Origin: Candidatus Babeliales bacterium
GTDB lineage: Bacteria > Babelota > Babeliae > Babelales > JANWKD01
Assembly (NCBI GenBank): GCA_963762115.1
Contig: CAVXJH010000001.1
Span: 1-10,069 of the forward strand
DNA length: 10,069 nt
Direction: 5' to 3'
Part shown: in pieces, positions 1 to 6,343 of the stretch
Layout: every line of letters starts with the position of its first letter
Position numbering within the stretch: the stretch's first letter is position 1
Notes under the pieces: generated by a model
The model's database searches: none
What the model was told of the DNA's origin: nothing
Seen by the model: the letters and a program-made list of their open reading frames with translations, nothing else
Made by a program: the position numbers and the translations under genes

Positions 1-485
1 AAGCCTTTAGCTTTTAAAAATTGTGCGGTTTTAAACTTATCCATGCAGAGTGCGCTTGCTAAAACGCTTGAACCATTATAGGGCATTCCAAGCATTTCAA
101 GTGCGCCTTGTGCACGCTGCCGTTTTCCCCTTTGCCACCATGCAGTGCAATAAACACAAAGTCTGCGATGCTTGGTAAATCGCCCTTTTCACATAACTGG
201 CGTAGTTTGATCAAGAAGAAGTTGAATTTCTTTGGTTGAATTACGTACTAAATGGCTGGGGTTAAGCTGGAATAGTTCCATAGTGCTTGATACAAATAAG
301 GGGAGCACGTTGTATTTTTGTGCAGATAACTTGTATACCACGTTGCGCCCAGATTCAAGTGAGATTTCTCTTTCATTGGATGCGCCGCCAAGTAATACCG
401 CAACGCGTAGTTTAGAAACGGTTTCGGCACTCGTATTTATTTTTTCTTGGGCAATAAGATTATCAAGCATATGATATTGTTCCAA
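1..485 (-). CDS. ddl: Second Ddl module (continuation of the same gene; frameshifted near 186-189 and 109-112; truncated by the window edge)
   Basis: KLRVAVLLGGASNEREISLESGRNV (starts ~413); after a shift GDLPSIADFVFIALHGGKGENGSV; after another shift QGALEMLGMPYNGSSVLASALCMDKFKTAQFLKAKG. These are the canonical Ddl N-terminal motifs a second time. Confidence 0.85.
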
Positions 486-496
486 TTCGGTTTCAA

Positions 497-1537
497 TTAA
501 ATGGTTAATAAGTTGTGCATGGCCAATATTATTTGTGCAGCCTGACGGAAAAGAAAGCTTGCTGGCCCCATGCCAGAAAGTGAATTTGGATCCACAATAT
601 AGACTTTATTTTCAGGAGTTAAAAAGCCATCAATGCGTGCAAGATTAGTCAGGCCAAGTGCATGCATAGTATTAATGCATGTCTGCTGAATTAATGTAAT
701 TTGTTCTTCTGATATACGTGCTGGTGTAAACTTAGTGGATTTTCCCGGCATATATTTTTGTTGATAATCAAAAAATGTGCTTTCTGCATCGCACACAATT
801 TCTGTAGGCGGCAATGGTAATGGCTGATTAGTTTTATAATCAGTAATCACAATACATGAAAACTCCATGCCTTCAATTTTCTCTTCAATTAAAACATCTT
901 GTTGTTTTTCTTGGTATGCATTAGATGCATGAATTAATGCAGATTCTAAATCTTTTAAATCGGTAACTATGGTAATGCCCAGGCTTGAGCCTTCTTTATG
1001 TGGTTTAACCACCAGCGGCAATTGCAATTTTTGTTGTTCAAGAGCAAGGTGAATCTGTGTTGCGTGATCTTTAAAATTATTTATCTGTGCTGCGTGCACC
1101 ACCACCCATTTTGCAACATTAATGCCGGCAGTTTTTAAAAAATCTTTTTGTGCAATTTTATCCATGCCAAGTGCGCTTGCAAATACCTTTGATCCAAGAT
1201 AAGGAATATTTAAAACTTCTAAAAATCCTTGGAGTGTGCCGTCTTCAGCATAACGGCCGTGGGTTGCAATGTAGGCAAAATCGATTGTGTTTTGTAAATT
1301 GTCCCATTTAATTTCTTGTGCTTGGATGGGTAGACGATGCTCAAAATCACTAATTTTACCACGATGTAAAAATGTCCAGGGTAAAATATATAAAGTGCCT
1401 TGTTGTGTTTGAAAAATAGGAACTACTTGGTAACGTAAAACGTCCAAATGATCGCACACCGTGCGTCCGGAATTAAAAGATACTTCTCGTTCAATTGATT
1501 TGCCGCCCATAAAAACGCCAACGCGAAGCTTATGCAC
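497..1537 (-). CDS. ddl: D-alanine--D-alanine ligase, first (N-terminal) module of a probable tandem double-Ddl protein
   Basis: GTG start at 1537 with AAGGA RBS upstream. Ddl motifs: LRVGVFMGGKSIEREVSFNSG, HGRYAEDGTLQGFLEVLNIPYLGS, SALGMDK, PLVVKP..EGSSLG, VLIEEKIEGMEF, FFDYQQKY, ARIDGF. The stop at 497 appears to result from a 1-nt deletion near 529-530; the shifted frame reads NIGHAQLINHLIETELEQYH into the next module. Confidence 0.92.
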   Translation of the reverse strand: MHKLRVGVFMGGKSIEREVSFNSGRTVCDHLDVLRYQVVPIFQTQQGTLYILPWTFLHRGKISDFEHRLPIQAQEIKWDNLQNTIDFAYIATHGRYAEDGTLQGFLEVLNIPYLGSKVFASALGMDKIAQKDFLKTAGINVAKWVVVHAAQINNFKDHATQIHLALEQQKLQLPLVVKPHKEGSSLGITIVTDLKDLESALIHASNAYQEKQQDVLIEEKIEGMEFSCIVITDYKTNQPLPLPPTEIVCDAESTFFDYQQKYMPGKSTKFTPARISEEQITLIQQTCINTMHALGLTNLARIDGFLTPENKVYIVDPNSLSGMGPASFLFRQAAQIILAMHNLLTI

Positions 1538-1675
1538 TAAAAGTCCTTTGTTATGATCATTAACAGTAAAATCGATAATTAATTATTTGATTTTTGCGCC
1601 AATTGCATGCAGGATATAAGCATAATAATTTGTAATTTATTGGTAAAGCAATTGCTGCATAAAGATAATAAAATA

Positions 1676-2227
1676 ATGGCTATAGAAAAAAAATTTGTTT
1701 GGATTGATTTAGAAATGACGGGCCTAAGTCCCGAAAACGATGTGATATTAGAAATTGCTACCACGGTTACCGATGGTCAATTAAATATAATTGCACAGGG
1801 CCCCTCGTATATTATTTGGCAGCCTGAAGATAAATTAACTAATGTGGATCCATGGATAACCAAAACATTTGGCAAACCAGGTGGTTTGCTTGATCAATCG
1901 CGCCGATCACCCATTAGAATAGAATTTGCAAAACATGAGACCTTTGAATTTATAAAAAAACATGTTCCCATCCACGCGGGGCTGCTTGCAGGCAATTCTG
2001 TTTGGCAAGATCGATTATTTTTAAAACGATATATGCCAGAAATTATTGATTATTTAAACTATCGCATTTTGGATATTAGTTGTATTAAAGAAGTTGTGCG
2101 GCAATGGTATCCTGGCAATCCAGCAACTGAGTTTAAAAAGAGCGAAAATCATCGTGCATCCGAAGATGTTAAAGAATCAATTGAAGAATTAAAACATTAT
2201 CGCAGATTCTTTTTTATTGCGTCGTAA
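1676..2227 (+). CDS. orn: Oligoribonuclease (DEDDh exonuclease)
   Basis: WIDLEMTGL..ENDVILEIAT, LAGNSVWQDRLFL, YRILDISCIKE, HRASEDVKESIEELKHYR. ATG 1676 gives 183 aa, a typical Orn length; preferred over the ORF-track start at 1607. Confidence 0.95.
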   Translation: MAIEKKFVWIDLEMTGLSPENDVILEIATTVTDGQLNIIAQGPSYIIWQPEDKLTNVDPWITKTFGKPGGLLDQSRRSPIRIEFAKHETFEFIKKHVPIHAGLLAGNSVWQDRLFLKRYMPEIIDYLNYRILDISCIKEVVRQWYPGNPATEFKKSENHRASEDVKESIEELKHYRRFFFIAS

Positions 2228-2237
2228 TTATTTTTGG

Positions 2238-2280
2238 TCCCTCGATACAAATCCTTTGGATTTACTCGGATGAAGGGGGG
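2238..2280 (+). repeat. REP-like palindrome, family A, copy 1 (degenerate right arm)
   Basis: TCCCTCGATAC-[AAATCC TTT GGATTT hairpin]-ACTCGGATGAAGGGGGG, 10 nt after the orn stop. Confidence 0.8.
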
Positions 2281-2335
2281 AATAAAATAAGACATTTAAA
2301 TTTCTTTATTAACATCCAATTTAGATATGATACCG

Positions 2336-2377
2336 TGAATTAAGAATATTTTCCCTGAATTAAGAATATTTTCCCTG
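2336..2377. repeat. Perfect 20-bp tandem duplication TGAATTAAGAATATTTTCCC x2 (+TG)
   Basis: 2336-2355 is identical to 2356-2375; the repeat abuts family A copy 2. Confidence 0.9.
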
Positions 2378-2424
2378 CCGTTCGTTCCGAGTATTTTTGT
2401 TTTTGACAAAAATGTATCGAGGGA
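2378..2424 (-). repeat. REP-like palindrome, family A, copy 2 (inverted)
   Basis: Reverse complement reads TCCCTCGATAC-[ATTTTTGT CAAAA ACAAAAAT]-ACTCGGAACGAACGG. Confidence 0.85.
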
Positions 2425-2470
2425 TTTTTAATCATTACAGCTAGAATAGATGGAGATTATTTGTTATATA

Positions 2471-2524
2471 TCCCTCGATACATTTGAACGCAAAAAGCGC
2501 TCAAATACTCGGGACGAACGGGGG
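2471..2524 (+). repeat. REP-like palindrome, family A, copy 3; overlaps the 3' end of the 2501-2986 CDS
   Basis: TCCCTCGATAC-[ATTTGAACGC AAAAA GCGCTCAAAT]-ACTCGGGACGAACGGGGG. Confidence 0.85.
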
Positions 2525-2986
2525 AATTAATTCTTTTATATTAGATTTTGTATCCGAAGGTGCAAGGAGTATATTATTTCTTTGGTTTTTCAATGCATTC
2601 AATTGGCTTTGCAGAGTTACAATTTCTTTTAATTTGGCACGCATTTGATGGCGAATTTGTTGCGCATCTTTAGATTCTGCAACGGGCCGCTTATATTCAA
2701 GAATTGCTAACATATTACAAATTTTTGTATCACCTTTTTTACAAGCTTCAAGTAATGTGTTGTTAAATTCGTGTGCCTTTTTAAATGTTTCCATATCTGA
2801 TTGAATATAACTGAATTGTAATTGATTGAATTCTTGGTTTGCTTTGTTAACTTCAGCTTCTTTTAATTCAATTTGGTTGCCCCAAATAAAGGTTGAGATC
2901 CAATCAAAAGGGTTGCATTGTGCAGATGATGCAATTGAAAATAATGCGCATATTGCCAGAGCATATAAATTATTTTTTAAAAACAT
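2501..2986 (-). CDS. Hypothetical exported coiled-coil protein (161 aa)
   Basis: AAGGA RBS, N-terminal signal-peptide-like MFLKNNLYALAICALFSIASSA, heptad-rich body, LEACKKGDTKICN cysteine pair. Last codons (PFVPSI*) derive from the REP copy. Confidence 0.75.
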   Translation of the reverse strand: MFLKNNLYALAICALFSIASSAQCNPFDWISTFIWGNQIELKEAEVNKANQEFNQLQFSYIQSDMETFKKAHEFNNTLLEACKKGDTKICNMLAILEYKRPVAESKDAQQIRHQMRAKLKEIVTLQSQLNALKNQRNNILLAPSDTKSNIKELIPPFVPSI

Positions 2987-3351
2987 TCAAAATCCTTTAA
3001 ATTAAAATTATTTGCATATTCAAGCATATAATGGTTACTTGTTATGTGTGGAAATTTTTCTAAAAAATTAATTGCTGGCTCTAGAGCATCAACCATTCTT
3101 TGTTTTTGTGTGCGCATCATTGCATTTTTGATCATAAGTTCCTGACTTAGCTGCGTGTTGCACTTTGCTTTGTGTTCTTTGCATTGTTCTAAGATCTGAT
3201 CCAATTTATTTTTGTTATTTTCAATGGATTTGTCTAAATCTGCCAGATGAGTGTCTTTTAATGCGCGCAATTGCGCAGCATATTCTAGTGGTTGGCCCGC
3301 GTATGCAAGTTGCCAAACTAACGGTACGAAAATTAATATTTTTTTTATCAC
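2977..3351 (-). CDS. Hypothetical exported coiled-coil protein (124 aa)
   Basis: GTG start, signal-peptide-like MIKKILIFVPLVWQLAYA, helical body with LEQCKEHKAKCN. Overlaps the next gene by 10 nt. Confidence 0.7.
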   Translation of the reverse strand: MIKKILIFVPLVWQLAYAGQPLEYAAQLRALKDTHLADLDKSIENNKNKLDQILEQCKEHKAKCNTQLSQELMIKNAMMRTQKQRMVDALEPAINFLEKFPHITSNHYMLEYANNFNLKDFECF

Positions 3352-3381
3352 TTGTTATTTCCGTTTATGCATAAGGTTGGA

Positions 3382-3938
3382 TTATCTTTTTATTACAATT
3401 CCCGGACTATCATATTCAATTATTTCAAAAATTACATCATTAACTAGATAGCAATCATCCAATGTTGCCTTTATTAGTTGTTGGCGTTGCGCAAGGCAAG
3501 GGTCGGCGTGTTTTAGAATTTCGTCATCAATAGCAGATAGTGATTCAAATAATTTAAAATTTTTACTGGCAGCAAGCATAGTTTGATTTGATATATCAAA
3601 AACTGTTTGCCGTTTTATTTGTTTTCCATCAAAACTATGGGTGGATCGAAGATAAAGGTTTGTTTTCGGTGCTAATTGAGCAACCGCGGCCATATTTTTC
3701 TTTTGAACTGCAAGCATTAAAGCTGTATAGCCGTTTTTAGGATTCTGAAGATATTAGGGTCGGCTTTACAGCGTAAAAGTTCTTGAATTTGGATATTAAA
3801 TGAACGGAGATCTTTGGGTTTGGTTAGAACAAGTTGCATCAAAGGCATGGTGCCAATATCTTCAGGCGCGTTCTGCATTGCTGAATGGGTATATGTAACC
3901 ACTGAGATCATTGCAACAAAAGTACGCAAAATATTCAT
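3382..3938 (-). CDS. Exported ankyrin-repeat protein, split by a frameshift near 3748-3750 (ORF-track pieces 3717-3938 and 3382-3717)
   Basis: AAGGA RBS; signal-peptide-like MNILRTFVAMISVVTYTHSA. Removing 2 nt restores ELLRCKADPNIQNPKNGYTALMLAVQKKNMAAVAQL, a canonical ankyrin junction. Confidence 0.75.
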
Positions 3939-3958
3939 CTTGGTTCCTTTAAATATAG

Positions 3959-4569
3959 TTAAAAACGTGTACCCCGAAAATCACAGATATGTAAAAGTAA
4001 CTCATACTCAATAATTTTTTGCCGAAAAAGACCATCTAAGGTATTAAAAATATCACGTTGGTACGTAGATATATCATTTTCTATCAGTTGCAACTTATAT
4101 CGTTTAAACTTACTTAAATCTTTTCTTTTTAGTTCTTGTTTTACCATATTAAGAATATTTTCTCCTTTATTGTTTGGCAATTGCCCGGCAAGATGAGCGC
4201 CCGCGTGCAAAATGCGCAAAAATGATGGTACGCTTCAGCAGAAGATGCTGCATAATATAAAGCTTGTTTACCGATATGGTTAGAAACTGCCACATTGGCT
4301 TTGTGTCTAATTAAAAGGTCGGTAATCAAAAATGAAGATTGGTTACTTCGTGATTCCCTATTTGCTACAACTAAGGGTGTATCTTTGGAAACTGGATCTT
4401 GATAATTAGGATCTGCATTTTGATCAAGTAATGCGCGTACAGTTAAAAAATCGCGCCTGCCGGACGCATTAAAAAGCGCTTTGTTTTTATCAAGTTGAGA
4501 TGCATAAATGAAATAGGGTGTGGTGAATATTAGATAGATAAATGAGAGTATGATCCATATATACTTCAT
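3959..4569 (-). CDS. Exported ankyrin-repeat protein, split by a frameshift near 4218-4230 (ORF-track pieces 4141-4569 and 3959-4219)
   Basis: GGGGAG RBS; hydrophobic N-terminus; ankyrin repeats ALFNAS..VRALLDQNADPNYQD..DTPLVVA..LLIRHKANV..GKQALYYAA. Adding 1 nt (e.g. T5 to T6) continues FLRILHAGA..NNKGENILNM. Confidence 0.75.
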
Positions 4570-4651
4570 AGCGCTCCCCGTATGAAATGGTGTATAGAAT
4601 GCTCTATTTTTTATAGATTAAAATAAAAAAGACAAGGAAAACAATCTATTT

Positions 4652-4685
4652 TTAATTGATAGGACTTGGCGTAAAAAATATTTGG
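4652..4685 (-). repeat. Displaced copy of the priA 3' end (QIFFTPSPIN*)
   Basis: 31/34 nt identical to 6344-6377; the three differences are synonymous (ACA>ACG, CCT>CCA, AGC>AGT). Confidence 0.9.
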
Positions 4686-4706
4686 ATTTATCGACTTAGA
4701 TAAATC
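4685..4706. other. Hairpin GATTTATC-N6-GATAAATC just downstream of the 286-aa gene, at the edge of the priA-like copy
   Basis: Perfect 8-bp inverted repeat, AT-rich. Possible weak terminator or junction structure. Confidence 0.4.
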
Positions 4707-4714
4707 GATTATTT

Positions 4715-5575
4715 TTATTGTAATTCAATAAAACGTAAATGGCCTTCTTTTTCATTGGTAGCAACCCACTGGTGAAGCTGTGCAATATCTGCATTTTCAG
4801 GTTTGGCGAGCCATTGCAGAGTTCTTTTTTTATCTCGATTGAACTTAAAAAAGAATTCATCTTTAACTGTTAAAGGTCGTTTTGATCCGGCAGCTGCAAG
4901 AGAAGCCAAATGGTTATAATAAAATTCAATATCTTTTTCGGGATATCCTGAAAGGAATCCGTTGATATAGTCATTTCGTTCTGTTTGAAAGATTATTTGG
5001 TCTCTTCGATTTTCCCAAAGATATTTAACAAACTGCAGCCCTTCTTTTTCACCTTCAGGTCTATACATAATAAGAGAATTTAATGGTGGTGTAGACAGTG
5101 TTATAGCTCGTACCCCTTCGGCTTTTAAAACTAATTTTATTTGATTGTTAATTTCTGAAATATCATCAATACCTCCATAGTACACTTTTTTATATCCTGC
5201 AACCATACATGCAAGGCTTTGGTTTGGGTCATCAATATTTTCTATATTTTCTGCTATGGCTGGGCGATAACACATTGGACCAGATTTATATTTATCTAAA
5301 ATTGATTGTTTTAATTTTGTTACTTCTTGGGGAGACAGAGCAACTGATGGTAATACGTTCGCTTGAGCAACTGATTGTTCTAAAGCCAATTTTAAATCGG
5401 CTTCTTCTTGTTGTGCACGTTTTGTTTCTTCTTTTTGGTGGTCAAGTGAAGCAGCAATAGCCTGCTGCATTCCTTGTTCTTCTAATTGTTCATGGCTTAG
5501 GGCAGCAGCGCCGTTCAACAAAACATTAAAGTTGAATAAAAGTGCAATTGTAAGGATAATATTAAATAAATTCAT
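4715..5575 (-). CDS. Hypothetical exported protein (286 aa) with two N-terminal ubiquitin-interacting-motif (UIM)-like segments
   Basis: Signal-peptide-like N-terminus; LEEQGMQQAIAASLD and QEEADLKLALEQSVAQ; C-terminal domain contains a GFLSGYPEKDI motif. Confidence 0.8.
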   Translation of the reverse strand: MNLFNIILTIALLFNFNVLLNGAAALSHEQLEEQGMQQAIAASLDHQKEETKRAQQEEADLKLALEQSVAQANVLPSVALSPQEVTKLKQSILDKYKSGPMCYRPAIAENIENIDDPNQSLACMVAGYKKVYYGGIDDISEINNQIKLVLKAEGVRAITLSTPPLNSLIMYRPEGEKEGLQFVKYLWENRRDQIIFQTERNDYINGFLSGYPEKDIEFYYNHLASLAAAGSKRPLTVKDEFFFKFNRDKKRTLQWLAKPENADIAQLHQWVATNEKEGHLRFIELQ

Positions 5576-5693
5576 ATAATTTTTCCTATTATAAGCTTCT
5601 TCGTTTATATATTATTAACCTATCTGAAAAAGTTCCAAATAGTCAATAATTTAAGCTTTTCAGCAAAGAAACGGGCTCTTTTTCGGAGTTATA

Positions 5694-5719
5694 TTAATTT
5701 ATAGGACTGGGTGTAAAAA
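5694..5719 (-). repeat. Displaced copy of the priA 3' end (FTPSPIN*)
   Basis: 23/26 nt identical to 6344-6369; the three differences are synonymous (CCT>CCC, AGC>AGT, ATC>ATA). Degenerate similarity continues to ~5733. Confidence 0.85.
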
Positions 5720-5741
5720 TAAATTTAGCTTTACTAGTTTT

Positions 5742-6329
5742 TTATTTAGCTTTAAAAGGCAATAAGCGGTCTTCTATTTCATTGTATAGCGCATCTTCTT
5801 GAATATATTTGGCATCATTTTTTTTATTTTCCACCATGGTAAATACATCAAGACCTTCTTTATTTTTAGCCCGCGAGTCAGCTTTTTTATAAAGTAACAA
5901 TGAAACACATTTTTTGTGACCAGCCAATGCAGCAAGCATCAACACGGTATTTCCAGTTTGTTTGTCTACTGCGTTTGGATCTGCGTGTTGATTAAGTAAT
6001 CTTGATGTAATCGCTTGTGCATTTTGGGTGGTGTGGCGTTGCGCACTTTCAAACATATGTTGATCCATTTTACTCATATGTAATCGAGAATAATGTTTTA
6101 CTGGATTGCTTAGATAGAGATGCATCAAAGGCGTATAGCCTTCTTGGTCGAAAAATTCTGCAACTTTATACTGCTCAGTTAATTTAACCACATTATTAAA
6201 ATCAGATTTTTGTACGGCCAAAATAAGTTGTTTTTTAGCTTCTTCTTGTGCAAGTGGTTGCGCGGGTTGCGCGGGAAATAGTATTGTGCAAGTTGTTAGA
6301 CAAATAAAAATAAATTTTTTTTTGTGCAT
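5742..6329 (-). CDS. Exported ankyrin-repeat protein (195 aa)
   Basis: AAGGAG RBS in the 14-nt gap after the priA stop; signal-peptide-like MHKKKFIFICLTTCTILFPA; ankyrin motifs DQEGYTPLMHL, LLNQHADPNAVDKQTGNTVLMLAALAGHKKCVSLLLYKKADSRAKNKEGLDVF. Confidence 0.88.
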   Translation of the reverse strand: MHKKKFIFICLTTCTILFPAQPAQPLAQEEAKKQLILAVQKSDFNNVVKLTEQYKVAEFFDQEGYTPLMHLYLSNPVKHYSRLHMSKMDQHMFESAQRHTTQNAQAITSRLLNQHADPNAVDKQTGNTVLMLAALAGHKKCVSLLLYKKADSRAKNKEGLDVFTMVENKKNDAKYIQEDALYNEIEDRLLPFKAK

Positions 6330-6343
6330 GAAAACTCCTTTTA

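Noticed and set aside
109..530. Programmed ribosomal frameshifting or TGA recoding in ddl
   Set aside because: Three different indel sizes with no slippery heptamer; the frame after the TGA at 189-191 does not carry the Ddl motifs, so readthrough would not help; TGA acts as a stop elsewhere (2501, 8809).
2238..2524. CRISPR array
   Set aside because: Copies alternate in orientation, have variable interiors and uneven spacing (about 97 and 46 bp); no cas genes in the window.
232..5460. Short ORFs 232-474, 248-430, 1579-1764, 3165-3374, 3251-3451, 3814-4014 and 5209-5460
   Set aside because: Overlap better-supported genes in antisense or alternate frames.
5611..5646. Sigma70 promoter for the 286-aa gene (TTGACT on the minus strand)
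   Set aside because: Good -35 but only a weak -10 (TAGGTT at 18 bp); not distinguishable from chance in AT-rich DNA.
4652..5741. priA-tail copies as expressed small ORFs or classical integron attC sites
   Set aside because: No start codon or RBS precedes either tail (in-frame stops at 4688-4690 and 5742-5744); no RYYYAAC/GTTRRRY attC ends and no intI in the window.
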